Assembly: GCA_036558645.1 (NCBI GenBank)
Contig: DATBFG010000016.1
Span: forward strand, 21,537 to 85,536
Direction: 5' to 3'
DNA length: 64,000 nt
Origin: Terriglobales bacterium
Lineage (GTDB): Bacteria; Acidobacteriota; Terriglobia; Terriglobales; Acidobacteriaceae
In this document: positions 19,976 through 28,241 of the stretch, piece after piece
Layout: every line of letters starts with the position of its first letter
Numbering within the stretch: the stretch's first letter is position 1
The notes under the pieces: generated by a model
Database searches by the model: none
What the model saw: only the letters and a program-made list of their open reading frames with translations
What the model was told of the DNA's origin: nothing
Made by a program: the position numbers and the translations under genes

Positions 19976-20728
19976 TCACAGCTTGGTGTTCTCAAGATAA
20001 TGCTTCATTGTGCCGTCTCGGTCCACTAAATACGTGCCGGGTGGAGCAGGAGAGTCCGATGAAGAGATGAGCCGGTCCACGACTTGAGCGACGGCCACGG
20101 GCTCTACATAAGATGAGAAGTCAAAGCCGGCCGGGCGGCGACGCCTAATACCATTGGTAATCAACTGAAATGTGGGGATCAGCTGATAGACCCGCAATTG
20201 GTCACGGGGATGTTCCTCGGCGATGGCGCGCAACAGGGCATGCAGTCCAGCCTTGGACGCGGCGTATGCTGCCCTGCCCGCCCCAGGCAGTACAGCCACA
20301 TCGGACGACAGGTTAACGATGATGCCGGGAGGGTCGGAAAGCAGGTTCTGCAACAACTGCGAGACAAGTATGCAGTGCCCGACACAGTTGGTTCCGATGA
20401 CTTGTTGCCACTCCCGGGCGGAAGTGTTAGCCGCCGGATGTCTTTGATCCGCTCCGTAATCCACCGCACACAATACGACGGCTCGGAACACCATCGTCTG
20501 CAACGTTGCCGCACATTTTTCTATATCGGAAATGTTCGACAGGTCCAATCGATGCCAACCAATGTTATTGAGTTCTGATGGTGATTCTCCTGCGGGCTCT
20601 GGCCTTGTACGGGAGACGCCGACAACACAGTGACCGCTCTGGACCAGGGCGCGTGCAACTGCCCTTCCGATACCATGCGATGCGCCGGTAACTAGCACGC
20701 GGCTAGCAGTACGCGACAGGTTTTCCAA
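19976..20728 (-). CDS. Short-chain dehydrogenase/reductase (SDR)
   Basis: VLVTGASHGIGRAV (TGxxxGxG) and YAASKAGL (YxxxK). The TTG start at 20728 overlaps the upstream stop by 26 nt. The alternative GTG at 20698 would leave only 3 residues before the TG motif. Confidence 0.85.
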   Translation of the reverse strand: MENLSRTASRVLVTGASHGIGRAVARALVQSGHCVVGVSRTRPEPAGESPSELNNIGWHRLDLSNISDIEKCAATLQTMVFRAVVLCAVDYGADQRHPAANTSAREWQQVIGTNCVGHCILVSQLLQNLLSDPPGIIVNLSSDVAVLPGAGRAAYAASKAGLHALLRAIAEEHPRDQLRVYQLIPTFQLITNGIRRRRPAGFDFSSYVEPVAVAQVVDRLISSSDSPAPPGTYLVDRDGTMKHYLENTKL

Positions 20729-21860
20729 GGTTGTCTCGCGAAAAGTCGACGATTGCCTTCACGAACTTCATGCCGTGCCGTCTCTGGTTGCAAAGCATGT
20801 TGGTCACAGCTTCTGGCAATTGCTCCAGCGTGAGGAAGCAATGTGGAAGGTGGCTCTTTGAAACCGCCCCGCTAGAAAGTACTTGAATCGCATCGAGAAT
20901 GTGCCTTTTCGCCGTTCCCCGGTGACCGAGAAGAAACATCGACTTGTTTGTGACACGGTCAGAAATCGTCGTCGCTGGGCTGAAATTAGTACCACAGCTA
21001 TTCTTCCAGCGAACCTGATCGAGGTTCACCTCAGGAATTCGACCTTCTTTGTATTCAGTCGGGAATCCCGCCATCAAATCAATCGTCGCACCGTCCGGGA
21101 GGACGTCCAACAACAAGCGCAGTCCCTCAGGAGCTTCAGCGCGAGAGGAACACAAAATAGCCGCGGTAAGTCGACTGGCTAGCGAGTGCTCGCGAATTGT
21201 GTCCTGCAGATTGGTTGTGCTGCAGATGAACACATTCGCCGGCCAATTTGAGAAGGCACTGAGCCACTCCGCATGTTCTTCTGAACCCGCCACCAGGAGC
21301 ACCGGTGTCGTCATGAATCGGGACCATGCTACAGCTGCCAGGATGCCAATCGTTCCGGAACCCCTTATCAGCAGTCCCGAACCGGCTGAGTTTCGGCGCA
21401 AAAGTTCCAGGCTGTACAACACTGATCCCAAAGGTTCAGCGAGAACTAGCTCTGTGTCTTCGAGCGTACATCCGTCTGGACAACGAACCAGCAATTCTCC
21501 AGTGTCGGCTTCGTTCGCGTTCAACCAGAACCACTCCCGAAGCACACCATCGGAACTGTGGCCGATTACGACACCGGGACGGATACGATGGACAGGATTA
21601 ATGACCACGCGAGTACCGACTGGGATAGGCCAGCCTTCAGGAGCTTGAGCAATCTTGCCGACGCCCTCATGACCAAGGATTTCAGCCTGAACGGCTCGCT
21701 TGCCGGAAAGCATGGCAAGATCTGTCCCGCAAATGCCCACCGATGACATTCGGATCAGGACGTTAGAGTCCTCGATGGATTGGCTCTTGTGCTTCCTTAC
21801 CGCAAGACTGTTATCAGGGGTTAGGCGTGACAGAACTCTATGCTCTGGCACGTTAAGCAC
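20703..21860 (-). CDS. Medium-chain (Zn-type) alcohol/polyol dehydrogenase-like protein without an obvious structural-Zn Cys loop
   Basis: GICGTDL...ILGHEGVGKI and the Rossmann motif GSGTIG. I place the start at GTG 21860, which overlaps the upstream stop in GTGCTTAA. The 453-aa ORF-track version would overlap the upstream gene by about 210 nt. Confidence 0.75.
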   Translation of the reverse strand: MLNVPEHRVLSRLTPDNSLAVRKHKSQSIEDSNVLIRMSSVGICGTDLAMLSGKRAVQAEILGHEGVGKIAQAPEGWPIPVGTRVVINPVHRIRPGVVIGHSSDGVLREWFWLNANEADTGELLVRCPDGCTLEDTELVLAEPLGSVLYSLELLRRNSAGSGLLIRGSGTIGILAAVAWSRFMTTPVLLVAGSEEHAEWLSAFSNWPANVFICSTTNLQDTIREHSLASRLTAAILCSSRAEAPEGLRLLLDVLPDGATIDLMAGFPTEYKEGRIPEVNLDQVRWKNSCGTNFSPATTISDRVTNKSMFLLGHRGTAKRHILDAIQVLSSGAVSKSHLPHCFLTLEQLPEAVTNMLCNQRRHGMKFVKAIVDFSRDNLGKPVAYC

Positions 21861-24153
21861 TCTGCGCAACCTCAAGCGTCTTTCCACCTGACCAAGCCCA
21901 GATGAATCCAAGTGCTTTCTCAAGGTCGGGCTGACTGACCTCATCGATAAATCTCGATTCCCCGATGCCGGATAGCACTGGCATTCGGAGATAGCCTCCG
22001 CGATGCCGTTTCGCTTCGCGCACACCTCGTAGCAACATTTCGATCGACATTCCAGGCCGAACAATCGGCAATCCTAGAACATGCTGGGTAAGGAGGATTT
22101 CTTCTGCATCAGATCGGTCGAGGATGCCAAGCACTACGGCCAGGGCGGTTGCGAAAGCCATGTCCAGGGCGACAGCTTCTCCGTGCTCCAGGTCCGGCAA
22201 TTCGAACTCGAATATAGGACTGAAGGTATGTCCATAATCGGGAAGGCGCGTGAGCGTCCGCTCAAACAAATTTGGAGCCAGTTCAAGTAGCATCGCCTTG
22301 ATCGATCTTCGTATGAGTTCCAGTCCCTTTGCATTCTGGAGCTTTGTACGGATGAGTAAGGGGGCATTTTCTTGAATGAGCCGGAAAAGCTCGCCGTCGG
22401 CTACCAGACCAATCTTCAACGACTCAGACAAGCCATTGCGTATCTGTCGCTCTGAGAGTGTCGAGAGAAAGTCGGGATCTATCACCACCGCAAATGGAGG
22501 GCAAAAGGTCCCGAGCCGGCTCTTGCTATAGCGAAAGTTCACGGCATTCTTAACGCCAATCCCAGCGTCGATGGCGCCGACGAGGGTAGTGGGTATTTTT
22601 AGACACGGTATCCCGCGCCGAAAGAGGTTGGCCGAAAAACCAACGATGTCGAGCGTAATTCCACCGCCCGCTGCGACGATGAGATCTTGGCGCCTTCGTA
22701 CACCCAGCATGTCGAAATGAGAAGCTACTTCGGCAATCGCTCCCAGATCCTTCTCCTTCTCGGAGGCTCGGAGAATGATGGTTTCGACCTGCCGACCCGG
22801 TCCTGCCAGTACTCGTTGCAGACGCTCGCCATAGATGTCGTCTACGGCGAAATCAGAAACCAGAATGATCCGCTCGAAGGGCTCGAGAAGATCCTGCGGA
22901 AAAACACCGTTGCGGCAGATGCCCGGCGATAAGTGGATGGGATAGTCGATCGAGTGCTCGCGCGATACTCTGAATGGAAAATCTGACGTAAGAGTCTCGC
23001 AGCGGTGGAGATTTGGCACCTCGCGCGCAACAGACGCCGCGCCGATCAGGCCCGCATCATCCGAAATCGGCCCAAGTATCACCCGATCCGCCCAGAAAGA
23101 ATCCGTCTCAGACTCTAGCGGGTAATACCCTAACTCACACAGATTCTCGATCACTGACTCCAAATAGGCATCGCGAAGGAAAAAGCACACGCCCCCGGTG
23201 AGAATCAGTTTGTCGAGTTCGGGGTCCAGCATAAAATGCCACTTGGCCGCCTCGGCGATCGGCTGCGTGATTGCTCTGAGGACGGTCTTCGACAACGAAT
23301 CGCCCTTGGCCAGACCGTCCGCTAACCTATCGAGGGAAACATCCGGATCTTCCCCTTTACTCAATACTGAAGCCGCGAACTTAGAGGGAAAAACATCTGG
23401 CAGCTGCTTCAAGACATTCTTGATCCCTTCGCCGGAAGCGAATGCGCTCAAGTGATTCGTGCCTCCACAATCGCATTTCAGCGAAAGTGGCTGTCCGTCG
23501 ATCAAAAAATTGATGGGGTGATGGCCTATCTCACCCTGAACTCCGAGTTCGGCATCAACCGGAACGTGCGGAACTGAGCAATTCAACGTTCGAGATGCAA
23601 TTCCGGTACTAACAGTGATGAGTGAAAGGCGGCGAGCATGCCGCATATCTGGAAGCAACGAGTGGGCTATCAACGAGGCAGTTACGTCGTTCACGATCGC
23701 CACCTGAGCACCCGGTAAACGCTCCTTGATGGCCCGTTTCAGGTCGAAGCAAGCGGAGTTATCGCCGAGAATGGGTCCAGACCCGAGAATCACACCAGTA
23801 TGAGCGTTCATGGCCGCGCCCATCGAAATGGCGATAGCTGGTGGCTGCCTGATCGAAAAGGATTGCGCGGTGCCTGCAATGTAGTCAGCAATCCGGCCTA
23901 GAACTTCGGTGGCGGAGGCGCCCGGCATGGACCTGTGATTTATCGACGGAATTCGTTGTAGCGAGGTCAACCGTCCTTCGCGCGTGAGCAGGGCACTTCG
24001 AAAGGACGTTCCCCCAATGTCAAACGTGGCCACGGCGTTGCCATGACCGAGAGCAACAGGAAACTGTTCCATAGTTGTTCTATGGGGAGACCCAGCCAGA
24101 GGACTGCGCACGATGCGACTCACCAAGACGACGCTGATCTTGGGAGCGAACAT
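21853..24153 (-). CDS. Fusion protein: N-terminal ROK-family sugar kinase and C-terminal 3-dehydroquinate-synthase-like sugar-phosphate cyclase
   Basis: N-terminal half: FDIGGTSFR, NDVTA and GEIGHHP...CDCGGTNHL (ROK Zn motif). C-terminal half: AAGGGITLDIVGFSANLFRRGIPCLKIPTTLVGAIDAGIGVKNAVNF, SESLKIGLV, YGHTFSPIFE and HGEAVALDM (DHQS-like). The domain junction is near nt 22970. The start is ATG at 24153 or ATG at 24072; neither has a clear SD. Confidence 0.8.
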   Translation of the reverse strand: MFAPKISVVLVSRIVRSPLAGSPHRTTMEQFPVALGHGNAVATFDIGGTSFRSALLTREGRLTSLQRIPSINHRSMPGASATEVLGRIADYIAGTAQSFSIRQPPAIAISMGAAMNAHTGVILGSGPILGDNSACFDLKRAIKERLPGAQVAIVNDVTASLIAHSLLPDMRHARRLSLITVSTGIASRTLNCSVPHVPVDAELGVQGEIGHHPINFLIDGQPLSLKCDCGGTNHLSAFASGEGIKNVLKQLPDVFPSKFAASVLSKGEDPDVSLDRLADGLAKGDSLSKTVLRAITQPIAEAAKWHFMLDPELDKLILTGGVCFFLRDAYLESVIENLCELGYYPLESETDSFWADRVILGPISDDAGLIGAASVAREVPNLHRCETLTSDFPFRVSREHSIDYPIHLSPGICRNGVFPQDLLEPFERIILVSDFAVDDIYGERLQRVLAGPGRQVETIILRASEKEKDLGAIAEVASHFDMLGVRRRQDLIVAAGGGITLDIVGFSANLFRRGIPCLKIPTTLVGAIDAGIGVKNAVNFRYSKSRLGTFCPPFAVVIDPDFLSTLSERQIRNGLSESLKIGLVADGELFRLIQENAPLLIRTKLQNAKGLELIRRSIKAMLLELAPNLFERTLTRLPDYGHTFSPIFEFELPDLEHGEAVALDMAFATALAVVLGILDRSDAEEILLTQHVLGLPIVRPGMSIEMLLRGVREAKRHRGGYLRMPVLSGIGESRFIDEVSQPDLEKALGFIWAWSGGKTLEVAQSA

Positions 24154-24435
24154 CGATCAACACACAGGGTGAGACGCGGTTCGGGGGCGGGTTCCCCGAT
24201 TCGGGCCGTAATTTTATGTCGGTCTATTACCAATTGCAACCTAAAATCATTTTTTCTCTCAGATATGTTTCCCATCGTGCGTAAACGTTCTTCGTGTTGC
24301 GGCAATATCTTTGTAGCTCCTTTTATCGGAGTAACTTCAGCAAACATTCTTCGCGTTCTTGGGTATGGGAAGACGACAACCTCGTAAATAAAGCACTTGG
24401 TGATATAGATCGACAGATTGGATCGCTGTCGTCGA

Positions 24436-24451
24436 CGTCGCTCGAGCGACG
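24436..24451. promoter_or_regulatory. 16-bp perfect palindrome CGTCGCTCGAGCGACG in the divergent intergenic region; candidate operator
   Basis: Read directly from the sequence. It lies between the cyclitol-like operon (minus strand) and the yqaA-like gene (plus strand). Confidence 0.3.
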
Positions 24452-24621
24452 AGGTCTATCTCTTAAATGGGGTGTTCGTTAATTCCCTGCCACTGCAACG
24501 AAATCATGGGTCGTTTCTAGAATCTAGCAGCGAGCATTCAGGAGTGAATGGTTCATAGTCTGTTAAACTACGAACTTGGTATCTTATTTCTTAGCCTGCT
24601 CTTAAAGTAGAGTTCCCCGTC

Positions 24622-25248
24622 TTGGAGACCCTCAAGCATCTTCTTATTCGCTATACCGCCTTTGTCTGGGGTGTCCTTAAGCCACTGGGATCATGGGCCG
24701 TTTTTGCCATCGCGGGCATCGACTCGGCATTTTTCGGGCTGCCTCTCGATCCCGTAGTCGCTAGTTACGTTTATGCGGACAATTCGCGGTTCTTCCTCTA
24801 CGCAGTGATGGCAGCTGCTGGCTCTGCCGTCGGATGCATCATTCTTTATGTGATCGGCTACAAAGGCGGCGAAGTCCTATTGGCCCGGCGCATGTCCGAA
24901 GCAAAGTTCAACAGGATACGCAGTTCTTTCGACCGGCATGAGTTCTGGGCACTCATGTTTCCGGCGATGATGCCGCCGCCCTTCCCATTCAAAGTTTTTG
25001 TGCTCGCGGCAGCCATATTCGAGATGAATTTCGGACACTTTCTGCTAGCCATTTTCGTGGGACGTTTCGTCCGCTTTCTCCTTCTATCTCTGTTGGTTCT
25101 GCAGTTCGGTCCGCAGGTTGTTGCACTTTCCTCCGAAATGGTTTTAAGCCATTGGATTGTGGTACTTACTGTTGTCGTCGCAATCGGACTCTTGGGGGGA
25201 GGGATCTGGTATCGCTCGCGCCGAAAGAAGGCCATCCAGGCGGGCTGA
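24622..25248 (+). CDS. YqaA/DedA-like (VTT/SNARE-associated domain) inner-membrane protein
   Basis: Multiple TM segments. The motif GLPLDPVV...AAAGSAVGCIILYVIGYKGG is typical of this family. TTG start with no SD, so the start is uncertain. Confidence 0.6.
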   Translation: METLKHLLIRYTAFVWGVLKPLGSWAVFAIAGIDSAFFGLPLDPVVASYVYADNSRFFLYAVMAAAGSAVGCIILYVIGYKGGEVLLARRMSEAKFNRIRSSFDRHEFWALMFPAMMPPPFPFKVFVLAAAIFEMNFGHFLLAIFVGRFVRFLLLSLLVLQFGPQVVALSSEMVLSHWIVVLTVVVAIGLLGGGIWYRSRRKKAIQAG

Positions 25249-25316
25249 AGAATTTGACCTTTGAGTCGTCTTCCGGAGGTTGGGAGGAGATTTTCCCCTC
25301 CATTAGCCCAAACTCC

Positions 25317-28199
25317 TCAGAACGCTACGATCCGGGCGGTGAACTGCACCTGGCGAGTACTGCCGAAGTGATTGGTATCGGGAGCATACAGCGCTTGCCC
25401 AGCGCTGAAGATCGGCGTTGAAGAAGTTCCGTAGAGGTTGATCGCATCGGGACCGAAGTTGCGGTTTCCCGCACCAGTCACGTTGAAGACGTCAAGGAAG
25501 AGATCCAGGTGGTGCCCCTCGCCTGGTAGAGTGAAGTCCTTCACAAAACGGATATCCAGATTATAGAAAGCGGGCTGCCGCAAGCTGTTCCTCTTGGCTA
25601 CCGTTCCACCCAGCAGCGCCCGCTCGTTGAAATCGTTTGCGTCATTCTGAAGGTCGAATCCGATTACGGGAGTGTAGGGTGCACCCGATCGCGCCACGAA
25701 TACCGGGTTGCACTTGAATCCGAGCGGCAAGTTGATCACACCGCTCAGGTTAAAGTTGTGCCGGATATCGAGCGAGGAATATCCACGCTCAAGAGCCAAG
25801 TTGAACGGGTCGAGAGCAGCTTCACGAGCAAAGGGGCCGGTGTTGGAGTCGTCGTCGTTGGCACTCGACAATGTGTAATTCGCAACCAGCTGTGAACGGT
25901 GAGGAAGTTGAAGATTCGCCGTTAGCAACAGCGCGTTGTATGAAGAGTGAGCCGAGGACTGATTCTCAAGCAAGCGCCCGATACTCGGATCAGAACGCAT
26001 CCCGGGAAAAATTGGCAGTCCGCCGACGCTGGATGATGGCCGGTTCAGGTTGACATCAAGCCGACGTTGCAAATCCCAGGTGCTGTTGCGTAAGAAACCT
26101 GCGGAAACCGACAGCATCTTGCTGAATTGCTGCTCAACATTCGCGGATGCCTGGGAGGAACGAGGGTTACGAAAGTCGGGAGAGATGCCGAACACTGCCG
26201 CCGCAGGCGTGGTCAAGCCTGCGGGCGGAGCCGCCAAAGGCTGTGCGATAAGACCCGGGATCGAGACCAGGGGCAGAATCTGTGGATCGAAATAGCTGTC
26301 GGCAACAACGTTGTTCAATCCATTGTCCGTGATAACGCGCTGGAAAATTGTGGCCGGGGTAGCTGCGGCATAAAGTCCGGACGAAAGGCGAACCACCGTT
26401 TTCGACGCTGGGTTCCAGGCGAGGCCAAGGCGTGGTTGCCATTGGTTGAGATCGTTAGAAATGTGAGTTGTTAAGGGGATGACCGGATTGGGATTCACAG
26501 GCTGCGGATTCCACTGCCCCTGCCAGCGCAAGCCGCCGCTCAAGGTCAAAGCTTTGGTGACAGGAAACTTTCCGATGATGTAGAAGCCGAGTTCCCGTAC
26601 CGAATCGTCGAACTTGGAGTCTCCCACCAGGAACGTCTGTTGATAGCGGCGAGGCAGGTTCGCGACGTAATCCGCAAGGGAGTCAAAGTCGAAGCGGCCG
26701 TTCAAATTGGCTTCGTGCTCCTCGCGCACGGGATTGAACGCGAACAATGCGCCCAGTTGGATCAGGACATTCCCATGGTTAATGGCGAGATCGTCTCCCA
26801 ACTCACGCCGTTCGGATTTGTAGGTCTGAGGACTAAGACTGTTGCCGCCAAGCCTACCGAAGCCGTTGATGACAATCTCGGGCGAAATCACGTTCGAGCG
26901 TACATCGCGCAGGTCGCTTGCCCACTGCGCCACAAATTGATTCACCATCGTAGGACTTAACAGTGTCGTGAGATTGCCGCGGCCCCAAAGGCTATGGCCG
27001 ACCAGTGAATTGCTGTTGCTCTCCGAGGCGTCGGTTCGCGTTGAACCGAACGTAAGATCTGTTGCATGGATGCGGTTGTAGTCGAACTCGAGATTCAGGG
27101 TATTCTGTGAATTCAGTATGACCTCTGTTCTTCCAAAAATGGCTGTCGGGTTGCTATGCCCGACAACCTGGTGTTCGCGATTTCTCAGTGATTGGGGAAC
27201 TGCCACGCCGGGAGCTTGTGGCTGAAACTGCGTCCAATACGGGATGTGTAGGAAATCCTGCTCCGCTCCCAGGTAATAGAAGATGCGATCCTTCCTAATC
27301 GGCCCTCCGAAAGACCCCCCGAACTCGTTCTGCAGGTTATCCAACGAGTGATCGAAGGTATCTCGCGAAGATAGCGCCGACGGGCGTCCTATGTAAAAGC
27401 CCTCGCCGTGGAACTTGTTACTGCCCGCCTTGGTGACAACATTCACAAATCCAGCGTTGGTGTTCCCGGTTTCCGCACCGGCACCGGACTGCACGATTTG
27501 AAACTCGCGCACGGCGGTCTGCGGAAAGAAAAGGGCACTGTCGTTGCCGCCGCGCTCTCCGCCATGCAGGGGATCAACGAAATCGAACCCATCGACCGCG
27601 AACTTGACGGCTGTGGGGCGCTGTCCGGCGATCGACAAGCCACCGTTTACGAGAACAGACGCCGCTGCGAGTTGGCCGAACTCGGTGAAATCGCGATCGC
27701 GATTCGGAAGATAAGTAACAGTTAGCCCAGCAAGAAAGTTACTCACCTCCGGGTCCTGTTTGTTTATTGCCGGTGGCAGAGTGTTGCCCTCGGCCGTAGG
27801 ACCGGTAGCAGTCACCTTCACCTGCTCGGAAGCGCCCGCAACTTGAAGCGGAATCGTGAGGCGAACTTCGCTGCCAACATTGACAGAAACTCGCGGGAGC
27901 TTCTTGGGCTTGAATCCGGGCGATTCGACTTCAACGGTGTAGACTCCCGCCGGAAGAAACACGGTACTGAATGTTCCGTTGTCCGCGCTCTCCAGCCTAC
28001 GTGTCGTTGAAAAGTCGTTGCTTCGGATTGTGACCTTGGACCGAGGAATCACTTTCCCATGCGGATCGGTTACCGTTCCACTGATCGATCCGCGAGCGGC
28101 GGACTGGGCCCACGCGAATGAGCAGGAAAGAGTCATGCAAGCAAACAGCAAGGGGACGAAACCGGGGAGACAGATTGCTAGCTTCGTCCTCATGAACAT
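25317..28199 (-). CDS. TonB-dependent-receptor-like outer-membrane barrel with an N-terminal CarboxypepD_reg domain
   Basis: Signal peptide, then GSISGTVTDPHGKVIPRSKVTI...GVYTVEVESPGFKP (carboxypeptidase-regulatory-like fold), then a long beta-rich region. The C-terminus ...QVQFTARIVAF ends in an aromatic residue (OMP beta-signal). Confidence 0.8.
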   Translation of the reverse strand: MFMRTKLAICLPGFVPLLFACMTLSCSFAWAQSAARGSISGTVTDPHGKVIPRSKVTIRSNDFSTTRRLESADNGTFSTVFLPAGVYTVEVESPGFKPKKLPRVSVNVGSEVRLTIPLQVAGASEQVKVTATGPTAEGNTLPPAINKQDPEVSNFLAGLTVTYLPNRDRDFTEFGQLAAASVLVNGGLSIAGQRPTAVKFAVDGFDFVDPLHGGERGGNDSALFFPQTAVREFQIVQSGAGAETGNTNAGFVNVVTKAGSNKFHGEGFYIGRPSALSSRDTFDHSLDNLQNEFGGSFGGPIRKDRIFYYLGAEQDFLHIPYWTQFQPQAPGVAVPQSLRNREHQVVGHSNPTAIFGRTEVILNSQNTLNLEFDYNRIHATDLTFGSTRTDASESNSNSLVGHSLWGRGNLTTLLSPTMVNQFVAQWASDLRDVRSNVISPEIVINGFGRLGGNSLSPQTYKSERRELGDDLAINHGNVLIQLGALFAFNPVREEHEANLNGRFDFDSLADYVANLPRRYQQTFLVGDSKFDDSVRELGFYIIGKFPVTKALTLSGGLRWQGQWNPQPVNPNPVIPLTTHISNDLNQWQPRLGLAWNPASKTVVRLSSGLYAAATPATIFQRVITDNGLNNVVADSYFDPQILPLVSIPGLIAQPLAAPPAGLTTPAAAVFGISPDFRNPRSSQASANVEQQFSKMLSVSAGFLRNSTWDLQRRLDVNLNRPSSSVGGLPIFPGMRSDPSIGRLLENQSSAHSSYNALLLTANLQLPHRSQLVANYTLSSANDDDSNTGPFAREAALDPFNLALERGYSSLDIRHNFNLSGVINLPLGFKCNPVFVARSGAPYTPVIGFDLQNDANDFNERALLGGTVAKRNSLRQPAFYNLDIRFVKDFTLPGEGHHLDLFLDVFNVTGAGNRNFGPDAINLYGTSSTPIFSAGQALYAPDTNHFGSTRQVQFTARIVAF

Positions 28200-28241
28200 A
28201 GTCGTAGGGCTAAGGAGGCCGGGCGCACCGGCCTCTCATGG

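Noticed and set aside
21843-21858. Sigma-54-like TGGCAC element (CTGGCACGTTAAGCAC)
   Set aside because: The GC of the -12 element is two positions out of register with the TGGCAC-N5-TTGC consensus. The site is also on the plus strand inside minus-strand coding sequence.
21861-22064. N-terminal extension of the MDR dehydrogenase ORF (the 453-aa version in the ORF track)
   Set aside because: It would overlap the 3' end of the kinase-cyclase gene by about 210 nt. The extension is Cys-rich junk, whereas MDR homology begins near the GTG at 21860.
21853-24153. Interpretation as an ordinary shikimate-pathway aroK-aroB fusion
   Set aside because: The kinase half is ROK/ASKHA (DIGGT, GEIGH, CxCG Zn motif), not a P-loop shikimate kinase. 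The neighbours are MDR, SDR, GT4 and sulfotransferase genes rather than aro genes. The cyclase segments differ from the AroB pattern. This is still to be confirmed by phylogeny.
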